Assembly (NCBI GenBank): GCA_036336835.1 | Contig: JAYZFK010000038.1 | Location: forward strand, 1-64,000 | Reading direction: 5' to 3' | Length of the DNA stretch: 64,000 bases | Source: Myxococcota bacterium | GTDB taxonomy: Bacteria; Myxococcota_A; UBA9160; UBA4427 | Shown here: piece by piece, positions 46,995 through 57,895 of the stretch | Numbering within the stretch: the stretch's first letter is position 1 | Layout of the letters: each line of letters starts with the position of its first letter | Made by a program: the position numbers and the translations under genes | The notes under the pieces: model-generated | The model's database searches: none | What the model was told of the DNA's origin: nothing | The model's input: the letters and a program-made list of their open reading frames with translations, nothing else

Positions 46995-48706
46995 GTCGCT
47001 CCGATGACACGCGAGCGGTGTCGGGCGACCGGCGGGAGTCGGGCCCGGCGGCATCCGGCCGGGTGCTGCTCGTGGGGGCCGGCCCGGGCGACCCGGAGCT
47101 GATCACCGTGCGCGGCGCCGCGGCCCTGCGCGAAGCGGACGTGGTGCTCTACGACGAGCTGGCGTGCGAGGACCTGCTGGCCCTTGCGCCGGCGACCGCC
47201 GAGCTCGTGAACGTGGGCAAGCGCGGGCACGACGCGCCGACGCGTTCGCACGAAGAGGTCGTGGAGCGGATGATCGAGCACGCGCGCGCCGGGCGGTGCG
47301 TGGTGCGCCTCAAGGGCGGCGACCCCTTCGTGTTCGGCCGCGGCGGCGAGGAGGCGTCCGCCTGCGCCGCGGCGGGCATCGCATTCGAGATCGTGCCCGG
47401 CGTCAGCTCGGCGTTGGCCGCACTCGCCTACGCCGGGATCCCGGTGACCGATCGGCGCCACGCGGCGTCGTTTGCAGTCGTGACCGGCCACAAGGATCCG
47501 ACGCTTGCCTCGCAGGCAACGCGCTGGGCCGAGCTCGCTCGCGCCGCCGACACGCTCGTGATCCTGATGGGCATGCGCAACCTCGCCGGGCTGACCGACA
47601 AGATCATCGACGGCGGCCGCGGCCCCGAGACACCCGCTGCAGCCGTGATGAACGGCACGCTGGCGGCACAGCGCTGCGTGGTCGCACCGCTCGGCGAGCT
47701 CGCAGAGCGCGTCGCACAGGCCGGTCTCGGCGCCCCGGCCGCCGTCGTCGTGGGCGATGTCGTGCGACTGCGCGAGACGCTCCGCTGGTGGGAGCGCGCT
47801 CCGCTGTTCGGAGTGCGCGTGCTGGTGACGCGCTCGCGCCAGCACGCCGGCGACATGTTGCACGCGCTGCGCGGGGCGGGCGCCGAGCCGGTCGTTGCGC
47901 CGATGATCCGTCTGGCGCAGCCCGAGGATCCGAGCGAGCTCGACACGGCACTCGATGCGCTGGCTTCCGGCGGGGTCTACGACGCCGTGGTGTTCGCGAG
48001 CGGCAACGCCGTGCGCTTCGTGTGCGCGCGGGCCCGCGAGCGCGGGCTCGCGCTCGACAAGACGGACGCGCGCATCGTCTGCGGCGGGCCGATCACGGCG
48101 CGCGCGGCGCTGGACGCGGGGCTCCCGGTGCATCTGGTGCCGCCCGCCTCGGCGGGCGCCGGCGACGCGCGCACGCTGCTCGGCGAGATCGAGCGCCACC
48201 TCGCGCCGACCGGGCTCCACTTCCTGCTGCCGCGCTCGCAGATCGGCCGCGACGTGCTGCGCAACGGGCTGCTGGCCGCCGGAGCTCGCGCCAGCGACGT
48301 GGTCGCCTACCGGACCCTGCCGCCGGAGCCGGGAGCCGGAGGGGAGGTCGCTGTTCAGCTGCGCAGCGGCGCGCTCGGCGTACTCTCCTTCACCAGTCCT
48401 TCGACCGTCCGCAATCTGGTCGATCAGCTGGACCGGTCGGCCGATCAGACGCAGCAGCCCCGGGAGACCCGGGAGACCCGGCAGGCCCTGCGCGCCGCCC
48501 TGGTGGCGGCCGTCGGTCCGACGACTGCCGAGGCCTGCCGCGATGCGGGGCTCGAGCCGGCCGTGGTGCCGGAGAAGCCGGGTGGCGTCGCACTGGTGCA
48601 GGCGTTGATGGCGTTCGCGCAGGCGAATCCGGAGCGCATCGACGGCATCCGCCGTCGTCAGGACGACGCGCAACGCGCGGCCGAGAAGAGTGGGGAGGGG
48701 CGATGA
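46991..48706 (+). CDS. cobA: Uroporphyrinogen-III C-methyltransferase / synthase fusion (CobA-HemD)
   Basis: [28 protein letters not shown]; then VLVTR, FASGNAV, FTSPSTV. Confidence 0.95.
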   Translation: MSRSDDTRAVSGDRRESGPAASGRVLLVGAGPGDPELITVRGAAALREADVVLYDELACEDLLALAPATAELVNVGKRGHDAPTRSHEEVVERMIEHARAGRCVVRLKGGDPFVFGRGGEEASACAAAGIAFEIVPGVSSALAALAYAGIPVTDRRHAASFAVVTGHKDPTLASQATRWAELARAADTLVILMGMRNLAGLTDKIIDGGRGPETPAAAVMNGTLAAQRCVVAPLGELAERVAQAGLGAPAAVVVGDVVRLRETLRWWERAPLFGVRVLVTRSRQHAGDMLHALRGAGAEPVVAPMIRLAQPEDPSELDTALDALASGGVYDAVVFASGNAVRFVCARARERGLALDKTDARIVCGGPITARAALDAGLPVHLVPPASAGAGDARTLLGEIERHLAPTGLHFLLPRSQIGRDVLRNGLLAAGARASDVVAYRTLPPEPGAGGEVAVQLRSGALGVLSFTSPSTVRNLVDQLDRSADQTQQPRETRETRQALRAALVAAVGPTTAEACRDAGLEPAVVPEKPGGVALVQALMAFAQANPERIDGIRRRQDDAQRAAEKSGEGR

Positions 48707-49677
48707 GCTTTCCGATCCAGCGCATGCGGCGACTGCGCCGCAGCGAGACACTGCGGCGCATGACGCGCGAGACCCGGCTCTCGCGCGACGATCTGGTGCT
48801 GCCCTTGTTCACCGTGGAGGGGCACGGTGTGCGCGAGCCGATCGCGTCGATGCCCGGAGTGCACCGCTTCTCGGTCGATCAGCTGGTCGATGAGTTCAAG
48901 CGTGTGTTCGATCTCGGCGTGCCGGCGGTGATCCTGTTCGGCATCCCCGATGCGAAGGACGCGCGCGGCTCGGGGGCCGATGCCACCGACGGGATCGTCC
49001 AGCGCGCCGTCGGCGCCATCAAGCGCGAGGTGGGCGAGCTCTGCGTCATCACCGACGTGTGCCTGTGCGAGTACACCGATCACGGCCACTGCGGGGTGAT
49101 CGAGGCGGAGCACGTGGTCAACGACGCCTCGGTCGAGCGGCTCGCCATGGCCGCGTTGTCCCACGCGCGGGCGGGTGCGGACATCGTCGCGCCCTCGGAC
49201 ATGATGGACGGCCGGGTCGCGGCGATCCGCCGCGCGCTCGACGAGCACGCGTTCGAGGACACGGCGATCCTGTCGTATGCCGCCAAGTACGCGAGTGCCT
49301 ACTACGGCCCGTTCCGCGACGCCGCCGAGAGCACGCCGCAGTTCGGCGATCGCCGCTCCTACCAGATGGATCCGCCCAACGCGCGCGAGGCGATGCGCGA
49401 GATGCAGCTCGATCTCGACGAGGGCGCCGACGTGCTGATGATCAAGCCGGCCGTGCCGTACCTCGACATCCTCGCCGAGGCGCGCAGGCGCTTCGACGTG
49501 CCGCTCGCCGCCTACCACGTCTCGGGCGAGTACTCGATGATCCAGGCTGCCGCCGAGCGGGGCTGGATCGACGGCCCGCGCGCCATGGAGGAGGCGCTGG
49601 TCTCGATCAAGCGCGCCGGTGCCGACTGGATCCTGACCTACGCGGCGGCGGATCTCGCCGAGCGGCTGGGCGCCTGA
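48703..49677 (+). CDS. hemB: Porphobilinogen synthase
   Basis: [36 protein letters not shown]. Confidence 0.97.
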   Translation: MSFPIQRMRRLRRSETLRRMTRETRLSRDDLVLPLFTVEGHGVREPIASMPGVHRFSVDQLVDEFKRVFDLGVPAVILFGIPDAKDARGSGADATDGIVQRAVGAIKREVGELCVITDVCLCEYTDHGHCGVIEAEHVVNDASVERLAMAALSHARAGADIVAPSDMMDGRVAAIRRALDEHAFEDTAILSYAAKYASAYYGPFRDAAESTPQFGDRRSYQMDPPNAREAMREMQLDLDEGADVLMIKPAVPYLDILAEARRRFDVPLAAYHVSGEYSMIQAAAERGWIDGPRAMEEALVSIKRAGADWILTYAAADLAERLGA

Positions 49678-49678
49678 G

Positions 49679-49873
49679 GTGCCCGCGCACTACAAGGTCG
49701 TAGAGCTCACCATGGTGAGCGATGAAGAGATCGAGAAGGCACTCAACGAGTGGACCGCCCAGGGCTGGACCTTCGACACCATGCAGTTCGCGGTCCGCGA
49801 CTCGTCGCGCCGGCCGGCCATGGCCTTCCTCACCTTCGTGCGCGACCTTCCCAACCCCGAAGAAGCTTCCTAG
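49679..49873 (+). CDS. DUF4177-like small protein
   Basis: YKVVEL...IEKALNEWTAQGW. Confidence 0.75.
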   Translation: MPAHYKVVELTMVSDEEIEKALNEWTAQGWTFDTMQFAVRDSSRRPAMAFLTFVRDLPNPEEAS

Positions 49874-50009
49874 AGACGTCGCGGCGCCGGCGGCGGAGCG
49901 ATCGTGAACATCGGGTCGATGGTCGGCGTCAACGTCGACGGTGGAGTTTCCGTGGAAGCCACCACCTAGCCGTGAGATAATCTCGAGACAGCTGGCGAGG
50001 CCATCGGCG

Positions 50010-51140
50010 ATGCAAGAGCTCGACATCGGGGTGATCCGCGACCGGCTCCTGGAGTTCGCGCGGACGTCCGGCGCCTGTGCGGTCGGCGTCTGCAACCAGG
50101 AGGGCCTGGCGGGGGGGCCCCCCTCGACGGACCTCTCGCGAGAGCTCGAGGGTGCGCGGTCGGCGATCGTGTTCGCCCTGCCCCAGGATGAAGCGAAGCT
50201 CGAAGCGTACATGGGGAAGGTCGATCACGGCGGGTACCAGGAGGACTACATCCGGACGAACAACCTCACCCAGGGGATCGCGTCCGAGCTGGCCCACTCG
50301 CTCCGCGGGTTCGGCTTCGAGGCGGTGCCGGTCTACGCGGGCAACACCCCGTCGGGCGGCGATCACCGCGACGTCGGTGTCCGCAACGACTATCAGCGCG
50401 AGGCCGAGAAGCGGCACCCGGCCCGGGAGTCCGACTTCATGCTCGGCACCGTGCCCATCCTCTCCCAGCGCCACCTCGCCGCCGCGGCCGGCGTCGGCTT
50501 CTTCGGCATGTCCGGCAACATTCTGACCGAGTCGCACGGCGCCGCCGTCGTACTCGGCGCCACCGTCACGACCGCCGACCTGCCGCCGACGCCGGTGCTG
50601 CCGCCGGAGGCGAACTACTGCGACGAGTGCAACTGGTGCGGCTCGGTCTGTCCGACGAAGTTCATGAGCCGCACCGATTTCACGACCGTGAAGATGGGCG
50701 AGCACGGACACCACAAGTATTCGACCCGGCTGCACCACGCTCGCTGCGCGATGCACATGCAGGGCGTCACCGGCTTGTCCGCCGACGGGCAATGGGGCTC
50801 CTGGGGGCCGGGACGCACGTCGCTGCCCGACGATGACGAGGAGCTGCTGCCGGCGATCGCGGAGCTGGCCTCTGCGGCCGCCAGGCGCCCCGAGGTGCCC
50901 GGCGGCTTCGTCTTCCCGAAGCAGGAGGGAAGGACGAACATCATGTGCAGCGCGTGCAACCTGGTTTGTCACCCCGAGCGCGAGGTGCGGGCCAGGCGCC
51001 TCAAGATGTGGCGTCAGGGCGGGGTGTCGGTGCAACACGAAGACGGTCGCATCGAGACGCTGCCCATCGACGAGGCGGAGGCGTTCGTCGCCGCGATGCC
51101 CCCGGAGCGCCGCGCCCTGTACGAGAAGAGCGAGCAGTAG
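50010..51140 (+). CDS. QueG/reductive dehalogenase superfamily Fe-S protein, putatively cobalamin-binding
   Basis: LSQRHLAAAAGVGFFGMSG...HGAAVVLGATVT; CDECNWCGSVCP; RC...CSACNLVC; start ATG 50010 or GTG 49941. Confidence 0.75.
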   Translation: MQELDIGVIRDRLLEFARTSGACAVGVCNQEGLAGGPPSTDLSRELEGARSAIVFALPQDEAKLEAYMGKVDHGGYQEDYIRTNNLTQGIASELAHSLRGFGFEAVPVYAGNTPSGGDHRDVGVRNDYQREAEKRHPARESDFMLGTVPILSQRHLAAAAGVGFFGMSGNILTESHGAAVVLGATVTTADLPPTPVLPPEANYCDECNWCGSVCPTKFMSRTDFTTVKMGEHGHHKYSTRLHHARCAMHMQGVTGLSADGQWGSWGPGRTSLPDDDEELLPAIAELASAAARRPEVPGGFVFPKQEGRTNIMCSACNLVCHPEREVRARRLKMWRQGGVSVQHEDGRIETLPIDEAEAFVAAMPPERRALYEKSEQ

Positions 51141-51191
51141 CGGCGCGCGGCGAGCTTCCACCGTGGCCGCGTGTTCGAGTAGAGTGCCCCC

Positions 51192-53603
51192 GTGCTGAGT
51201 CCTTACCGGGTGATCGATCTGGCACACGACCGCGGCGTGCTCTGCGGCCAGATCCTCGCCGATCTGGGTGCCGATGTCGTCGCGGTTGAGCCGCCCGAGG
51301 GAGCGGCGGCGCGCAGCCGCGCTCCCTTCTACCGCGATCGTCCCGGCCCGGAGCGCTCGCTCGACTGGTGGGCGCACGCGCGCGGCAAACGCAGCATCGC
51401 GCTCGACCTGGAGCGTCCCGCGGACCGCGAGACGTTAGGCCGGCTCGTCGCCGGCGCCGACTTCCTGGTCGAGTCCGAGCCGCCCGGGCGGCTCGACGCG
51501 GTCGGACTGGGTCGCGACGAGCTCGCGGCCTTGAATCCGACGCTGATCCACGTCTCGATCACGCCGTTCGGCTCCGATGGTCCCAAGGCCGGCTGGGCCG
51601 CGACCGATCTCACGCTGGTGGCCGCCTCTGCGCTCGCCTACCTCAACGGCGAGCCGGCCCGCCCGCCGGTGCGCTGCAGCGTGCCCCAGGCCTATGCCCA
51701 CGCGGCCGCCGACGCCGCGGTGGGCGCGCTGATCGCGCACTTCGAGCGCAAGCGCAGCGGCCGGGGTCAGCACGTCGATGTCTCCGCGCAGCAGTCGCTG
51801 ACCCTGGCCACCATGTTCCGCAGCCTCGACGCACCGCTCGCCGAGGTGCCGGCCGAGCGCGTCTCGGGCGGCGCCTACGTCGCCGGCAACTTCATCAGCA
51901 CGCGCTATCCGCTGCGCGACGGCTGGGTGGTGCTCGGCCCCGGCATCCTGCCCTCGACGGGTCACTTCATGCAGCGGCTGCTGGCCTGGGCGCTGGAGGA
52001 AGGCTTCGGCAACGCGGACGCGGTCGACGAGGACTGGAACAGCTTTGCGTTTCGCATGATCGGCGGCGCGCTGCCCTCCGATGCGTTCGAGGCGACCGAC
52101 GCAACGCTGCGCGCCTTCTTCGCCACCCGGACCAAGCGCGAGATGATCGAAGCGGCGTGCAAGCGCAAGCTGCTGCTGGCGCCCGTTCTCGACATCGGCG
52201 AGATCGTGGACAGCCCGCAGTTCGCCTCGCGCGGCTTCGCGACGGAGCTCTCGCCCGATGAGGCGGATGCGCCCGTGCGCTTTCCCGGGCCGTTCGCGCG
52301 CTTTGGGCGCACGCCGATTCGCTACCGGCGCGCGCCACCCCGGCTCGACGAGCACGGCGACGCACTGCGGGCCGAGCCGCTGCGCGCGCCGGTGGTCCAC
52401 GGTGCGTCGACTGGGCAGGACCGGCCGCCGCTCGAGGGGGTCAAGATCCTCGATCTCTTCTGGGTGCTCGCGGGCCCCGGCGCGACGCGCATGCTGGCCG
52501 ACTACGGCGCCGAGGTGGTGCACGTCGAGTCGACCACGCACCCGGACACGCTGCGCGTGATCCCGCCCTATCGGTTCAACAACCCGAACCTCGAGGGTTC
52601 GGGTGCCTTCCAGTCCGCCAACGCCAACAAGCTCGGCATCACGCTCGATCTGGCGAGTGAAGCGGGGCGCGAGGTCGCCCTCGAGCTCGCGCGCTGGGCG
52701 GACGTCGTGACGGAGTCGTTCGCTCCCGGCGTGATCGAGCGCTACGGCCTCGGCTGGGAGACGCTGCGCGCGCAGAGGCCGGACCTGATCATGCTCTCGA
52801 GCTGTCTGCTGGGACAGACCGGCCCCTGGCGCGATCTCACCGGCTTCGGAAACCTGGCGGCCAGCGTCACCGGCTTCCAGCTCCTGGCGGGCTGGCCCGA
52901 TCGCCCGCCGAGCGGGCCGTACGGCGCCTACACCGACTTCATCGCGTTGCGCTACAACGCGGCCTGCATCCTCGCGGCGCTCGAGCACCGCGACCGCACC
53001 GGCGAGGGGCAGCACATCGACCAGGCGCAGGGCGAGGCCGCGCTCCACTTCCTGGCGCCCGCCTTCCTCGACTACACGGTCCATGGACGCGTGCCCGAGG
53101 CGGTGGGCAACGACGATCTGCAGCTGCACCCGCACGGTGTGTTCTCCTGTGCCGGCGAGTCCAGCTGGGTGGCGCTGGCGGTGCGCGACGACGCCGACTG
53201 GCGCGCACTGTGCGAGGTACTCGAGCGGCCGGATCTGCTGGCTCGACGCTCGGAACGCGAGCTGGTGGATGGGGCGATCGAGAGCTGGACGCGCGAGCGA
53301 GCTGCCGGGGAGGTCGAGGCCGCGCTCCAGGCTCGCGGGGTCCCGGTCCACGCCGTGCTCGACACGCCGGGCCTGTTCGCCTGCCCGCAGCTCCAGCACC
53401 GCGAGCACTACCTCGAGATCGAGCACGACATCTACCAGACCACGACCGTCGAGAGCTCGCGTCTGCGCCTCTCGCGCTCGATTGCGCGTCGGCCCGAGCG
53501 CGCGCTGCACTTCGGTCGCGACAACCGCCTCGTGCTCGAGTCGATCCTCGGCTACGCACCCGAGCGCATCGACGAGCTCGAAGCCCGCGGTGTGCTGAAG
53601 TAG
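51192..53603 (+). CDS. CaiB/BaiF family III CoA-transferase, tandem two-domain
   Basis: Two repeats: RVIDL...LADLGADV and PLEGVKILDL...AGP...LADYGAEV. Confidence 0.92.
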   Translation: MLSPYRVIDLAHDRGVLCGQILADLGADVVAVEPPEGAAARSRAPFYRDRPGPERSLDWWAHARGKRSIALDLERPADRETLGRLVAGADFLVESEPPGRLDAVGLGRDELAALNPTLIHVSITPFGSDGPKAGWAATDLTLVAASALAYLNGEPARPPVRCSVPQAYAHAAADAAVGALIAHFERKRSGRGQHVDVSAQQSLTLATMFRSLDAPLAEVPAERVSGGAYVAGNFISTRYPLRDGWVVLGPGILPSTGHFMQRLLAWALEEGFGNADAVDEDWNSFAFRMIGGALPSDAFEATDATLRAFFATRTKREMIEAACKRKLLLAPVLDIGEIVDSPQFASRGFATELSPDEADAPVRFPGPFARFGRTPIRYRRAPPRLDEHGDALRAEPLRAPVVHGASTGQDRPPLEGVKILDLFWVLAGPGATRMLADYGAEVVHVESTTHPDTLRVIPPYRFNNPNLEGSGAFQSANANKLGITLDLASEAGREVALELARWADVVTESFAPGVIERYGLGWETLRAQRPDLIMLSSCLLGQTGPWRDLTGFGNLAASVTGFQLLAGWPDRPPSGPYGAYTDFIALRYNAACILAALEHRDRTGEGQHIDQAQGEAALHFLAPAFLDYTVHGRVPEAVGNDDLQLHPHGVFSCAGESSWVALAVRDDADWRALCEVLERPDLLARRSERELVDGAIESWTRERAAGEVEAALQARGVPVHAVLDTPGLFACPQLQHREHYLEIEHDIYQTTTVESSRLRLSRSIARRPERALHFGRDNRLVLESILGYAPERIDELEARGVLK

Positions 53604-53614
53604 GCCGCCGGCGC

Positions 53615-54850
53615 CTACGGTCGATCCGTGGCGGGCTGCGCAGGCGGCTCGGAGATCCGCACGCGCGACACGGCCAGCGCAGCCACCAGCATCGCGGCGG
53701 CCAGCAGCCAGAGTCCCTGGTCGTAGTTGCCGCGCAGGTCGTACACGATTCCCAGCATGGGCGCGCCCAACGACTGGAAGACGACCAGGATGGGGCCCGC
53801 CAGACCCATGGCGGGGCCGAAGTTGAGCGGTCCGAAGACGCGCGCGAGTAGCGCGTTCATCAGCGGGACGGTGGCGCCGTAGCCGAGGCCGAGGGCCGAC
53901 GCCGCGCCGAGCAGCGCCAGGTAGCTGTCGCCGAACTCGGCGAGCCCGATCAGCCCGACGGCCTGCAAGGCGATGCTGATGCCGAACGCCGCACGCTCGC
54001 CGGTGTATCCCGCAAGCCATCCGAACAACACCTTGGCGAGTGCGGCGGCGGCCGCCAGGATCGAGAGCAGCCAGGCGGCCTCGGTCGTGTCGTAGCCGGC
54101 GTCGGTGCCGAACGCGACGATGTGCGCGATCAGCGCGGTGGCGGCCATGAAGCTGATGCCACCGGCGATGCCGACCAGCCAGAGATTGGGTTGTCGCAAC
54201 GTTTCGAGCGTCGACAGCAGCCGGCCTTGGGCCGGCCGCTCGTCGGGCGAATCGGCGCTCTCGCGGTAGGGCTCGAGCCCGCGGTCGCGCGGGTGCGTCG
54301 TGGCCAGCCACCACACGAGCGGCACGACCGCCAGCGCGATGTAGCCGAAGATCTCGAAGGTGCCGCGCCAGCCGAACGACTCGACCCAGATCGCGACGAC
54401 GGGCGTCATCAGGGCCCCGGACAGCGAGATGCCGACGCCCGCGACGCCGAGCGCGAGCGCGCGCCGCTCGTCGAACCAGTTCACGATCAAGGCGGATCCG
54501 GGAACGCCGCCGAGCGTTCCCATGCCGAACGCCACGCCGATGCCGTAGCCGAGCTGCAGCTCCAGCAGGGAGTCGGCGCGCGACATCCACAGGAAGCTGA
54601 GCGCCATGGTGAGCGCGCCAACCGCCATGATCCGGTGGATCGGGATGTACAGGACAGCCCGCCCCACCAGCGGCCCGATCGCGGCACCGGCCACGCTCAT
54701 GGCGACCAGCACGGAGCTGATCCCGGCACGCGTCGTTCCGATGTCTTCGGCGAGCGGTCCCAGCAGCACGCCGAAGGCGTAGATCCCCACCCCGCTCGAG
54801 ACGAACTGCGTCGCGAACACCAGCCCGACCAGGATCCAGCCGTGGTGCAT
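53615..54850 (-). CDS. MFS transporter
   Basis: 12-TM pattern; NWFDERRALALG, FGWR. Confidence 0.9.
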   Translation of the reverse strand: MHHGWILVGLVFATQFVSSGVGIYAFGVLLGPLAEDIGTTRAGISSVLVAMSVAGAAIGPLVGRAVLYIPIHRIMAVGALTMALSFLWMSRADSLLELQLGYGIGVAFGMGTLGGVPGSALIVNWFDERRALALGVAGVGISLSGALMTPVVAIWVESFGWRGTFEIFGYIALAVVPLVWWLATTHPRDRGLEPYRESADSPDERPAQGRLLSTLETLRQPNLWLVGIAGGISFMAATALIAHIVAFGTDAGYDTTEAAWLLSILAAAAALAKVLFGWLAGYTGERAAFGISIALQAVGLIGLAEFGDSYLALLGAASALGLGYGATVPLMNALLARVFGPLNFGPAMGLAGPILVVFQSLGAPMLGIVYDLRGNYDQGLWLLAAAMLVAALAVSRVRISEPPAQPATDRP

Positions 54851-54870
54851 GGTGACAGTGGGCCCGGTGC

Positions 54871-55719
54871 TCAGTCGGCGTCGTGCAAGTCGACGCCCTC
54901 GGCCTCGAGGTGGGGGAGCGCGTAGATGCCAGCCGTCGCCGCGCTCATGCCGTTGATCAGCGGAACGCGCGGCGTCGGCCAGAATGCCCTGGCGGTCTCG
55001 CGGTTGAGGTCGCCGGCGACCCAGCAGGGACCCTTGCCGAGATGTGCGAGCGCTCCCCGCGCGACCTCTTCCGGCTCCATCAGATTCGGGTACGACTCGA
55101 AGTGCTCGTTCGACGCCAGCATGCTCGGCGTGCGTGTGGCGCCGGCGACGACCGACATCGCGGTCACGCCGTGCGGCGCGAGCTCGTGCCACAGCGCCTC
55201 GGCGAGGATCAGCTCGAACGACTTGGTTGCGCCGTACGTCGCGGTGTACGACGAGCCGCAGGCGGCGGCCATCGAGGTGAGCAGGATGATCCCGCCGCTG
55301 CCGCGCTCGCGCATCCGCCCGCCCAGCTGGTGAGCCAGCAGCACCGGGCCGCGGCAGTTCAGGTGGACGAGCGTCATCGCGTGGTCGACGGGCTGGTCGT
55401 GGAACTTGCGGGCGCCGTGGACGGCCCCCGCGTTGTAGACGAGCAGGCCCACGTCCAGGTCGGCGGTCGCCTGGGCGACCGTGTCGCCGATCCCGGCGTC
55501 GGTCAGGTCGGCCACGATCGGGCGTGTCTCGACGCCGTGCTGGTCGCGGATGTCCGCGGCGAGCTCTTCGAGCAGCGGCTTGCGCCGTGCGAGCAGGGCG
55601 ACGTGGATGCCGGCCTCGGCCAGCTGGCGCGCGAAGCACTCACCGATGCCGTCGGAGGCGCCGGCGACCAGCGCCCACGGTCCGTAGCGTTGCGCGAAGC
55701 TCGTTGCGTCCCGGGTCAT
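54871..55719 (-). CDS. SDR oxidoreductase
   Basis: YGPWALVAGASDGIG, YNAG, YGATK. Confidence 0.92.
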   Translation of the reverse strand: MTRDATSFAQRYGPWALVAGASDGIGECFARQLAEAGIHVALLARRKPLLEELAADIRDQHGVETRPIVADLTDAGIGDTVAQATADLDVGLLVYNAGAVHGARKFHDQPVDHAMTLVHLNCRGPVLLAHQLGGRMRERGSGGIILLTSMAAACGSSYTATYGATKSFELILAEALWHELAPHGVTAMSVVAGATRTPSMLASNEHFESYPNLMEPEEVARGALAHLGKGPCWVAGDLNRETARAFWPTPRVPLINGMSAATAGIYALPHLEAEGVDLHDAD

Positions 55720-55939
55720 CGCTGCACCCTTGCATCGCCGACACCCCGAATGCAAGGAATCGCTGGCGATCAGCGCAGAGCGGCTGGCTTTGGCACGGCT
55801 TGCCGGCCGCGCGCTCGCGGTCGGACGCCAGTGACCGCGGCCGCGATGCTAGGATGCGCGGCCGCTCCCGATCCGAAGAGCGATTTCGAGGCCACGCGCG
55901 CGCTCGCGCGGGCGAGGTTCCTGGCCCTGGAGAGAGACA

Positions 55940-56139
55940 GTGAGTGAGTTCCTCGACGGTCTGCGCAAGCACATCGGAACGCGCGGGCACCCCACGCCCG
56001 CGCGCGATGCCGCGTGCGCGGCGACTCGACGAACCCGCTCGAGAAGGTCGACAACGTGCTGGTCACCGCCGGAACCGCGGTGCCGACCAGCGCGCTGATG
56101 CTGTCGCGAGATCAATCGCTTCAGTCGGAGGTGAGGTGA
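55940..56139 (+). pseudogene. Deletion relic: ChsH2-like N-terminus joined to Ltp2-like C-terminus
   Basis: 55940: VSEFLDGLRKHIGTRGHPTPARDA; then in another frame from 56014: VRGDSTNPLEKVDNVLVTAGTAVPTSALMLSR...*, whose stop overlaps the next ATG. Confidence 0.65.
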
Positions 56140-56897
56140 TGGGCAGGCTCGACGGACGGGTGGCATTGATCACGGGAGGAGGGCGCGGCATCGGCCGCGC
56201 CGTTGCGCGGGTGCTGGCCCGAGAAGGCGCCGATCTCGCTGTCGTCGAGATCGACCCGGTCACGACCGCCGACGCGGCCAAGGAGATCGAGCAGCTCGGC
56301 CGCCGCGCGCTCGCGATCCCGGGCGACGTCGGCCTCGCCGAGACCTGTGACGAGGCGGTGCAGGCCACCGTCGACCAGCTGGGTCGTCTCGACATCCTGG
56401 TCAACAACGCTGCGCTGACTGCGGGCATGAAGCCGTTCGAGCAGTTTACGGACGAGGAGTTCATGCGCACCTACGCGGTCAATGCGATGGCGACGTTCCG
56501 GCTGATGCGCGCCGCCTCGCCGCACCTGCGCAAGAGCCCGGCGGGGCGCGTGATCAACTTCGCGAGCGGCGCCGGTGCGCGCGGCGACTCGCATCAGTTC
56601 GACTACGCCGCCGCCAAGGAATCCGTGCGCGCGATGACGCGCGTGGCGGCGCGCGAGTTCGGGCCGGATGGCGTGACCGTGAACACCGTGTGTCCGTTCG
56701 CGAACTCCGAAGGGGTGCGCGAGCACCTCGACGACCGGATGGTCGAGATGATGCGACGCGCCGTGCCGCTGGGCCGCGTGGGCGATCCGGAGTCGGATAT
56801 CGGCCGCGCCGTCCTGTTCCTGGCGAGCGACGACTCGGCGTACGTGACCGCGCACACGCTGTGGGTCGACGGCGGCGCGGGCTCGGTTCGCGCCTGA
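56139..56897 (+). CDS. SDR oxidoreductase (FabG-like)
   Basis: TGGGRGIG, LVNNA, YAAAK, PLGRVGDP. Confidence 0.92.
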   Translation: MGRLDGRVALITGGGRGIGRAVARVLAREGADLAVVEIDPVTTADAAKEIEQLGRRALAIPGDVGLAETCDEAVQATVDQLGRLDILVNNAALTAGMKPFEQFTDEEFMRTYAVNAMATFRLMRAASPHLRKSPAGRVINFASGAGARGDSHQFDYAAAKESVRAMTRVAAREFGPDGVTVNTVCPFANSEGVREHLDDRMVEMMRRAVPLGRVGDPESDIGRAVLFLASDDSAYVTAHTLWVDGGAGSVRA

Positions 56898-56920
56898 CGC
56901 CGGCGCGCGATCCCTGCGTG

Positions 56921-57895
56921 CTAGCGCACCGCGGGCCAGACCTCCTCGGCGAGACGCTGCAGCGACTCCTGGTGCGCGGCGCCGTCGGCACCGCCGACGG
57001 GAACCTGTGCGCGGACGATCAGCAGGTCGATGCCCAGCTGATCGCGCAACGCGCCCAGCCGATCGATCACCTCGGGCAACGTCCCGACGACCACGCGCTC
57101 GCGCAGGTCTTCTTGCACAGCCCCCGCGATGGCGCGCGGTGTCCGGCCGCCCTGGCTGCGCAGCGAACGCTCCTGGGCATCGAGTGCCGCCAGCACGTCG
57201 GCCGCCTCGCGCGGGTCCGCCGCGGCGTGCACGGTTCGCATCACGGGCACGACGCGGTCGCTGACGTCGTCTCCACCGGGAAGCCCGGCGCGCCAGCGTT
57301 CGAGGTTCTCGGCGAGCCGGCGAGGCCCCTCGAGCGGAGAGGGCAGATAGGGCAGGCCGCGCCGCGCCGCCTGGGCGAGCCCCTTGGGCCCGAATGCGGC
57401 GACGGCCAGCGGCGGGTGCGGACGCTGCCAGGGAGCGCGCACGGCCCCCTCGGCGCCGTCGCGCCAGGCCGCGAGGATCGCATCGAGTGCGGCGTCGAAG
57501 CGATCGCGCTTGGTTTTCGGGTCCACGCCGAACGCGCGAAACAGTGGCGCGCGAAAGCCTCGTCCGAGGCCGATGATGGCCCGTCCGCGCGAGGCCCGAT
57601 CGAGCGCCGCGATCTCGTCGGCGAGCCGGAGTGGCTCGTGGATGGGCAGCAGCAGCGAGGTCGTGGCCAGGCGGACGCGCTCTGTGCGCGCGGCGAAGGC
57701 GCCCAGCGCGATCAGCGGCGAGGCGGTGACGCCGCGAGCGAAGTGCATCTCCGGCACCCAGACCGAGTGCAGGCCCAATGCCTCGGCGCGGTCGACGAGC
57801 GCCAGATCGCGCTGCCACTCGCCGGGACTGCTCGCACCCCCCAGGGCCAGGCCGAGCTCGAAACCGTCGATGCCCCAGCGCGCTCGCTCGTTCAC
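56921..57895 (-). CDS. LLM-class flavin-dependent oxidoreductase
   Basis: GLHSVWVPEMHF, RLAT, PLRLADEIAALD.ASRGR, PWQRPHPP. Confidence 0.88.
   Translation of the reverse strand: MNERARWGIDGFELGLALGGASSPGEWQRDLALVDRAEALGLHSVWVPEMHFARGVTASPLIALGAFAARTERVRLATTSLLLPIHEPLRLADEIAALDRASRGRAIIGLGRGFRAPLFRAFGVDPKTKRDRFDAALDAILAAWRDGAEGAVRAPWQRPHPPLAVAAFGPKGLAQAARRGLPYLPSPLEGPRRLAENLERWRAGLPGGDDVSDRVVPVMRTVHAAADPREAADVLAALDAQERSLRSQGGRTPRAIAGAVQEDLRERVVVGTLPEVIDRLGALRDQLGIDLLIVRAQVPVGGADGAAHQESLQRLAEEVWPAVR

Noticed and set aside
48459..48482. 9-bp tandem repeat (CCGGGAGAC x2, RETRETR) in the hemD domain
   Set aside because: In-frame micro-duplication in a probable loop; too short to be a functional array
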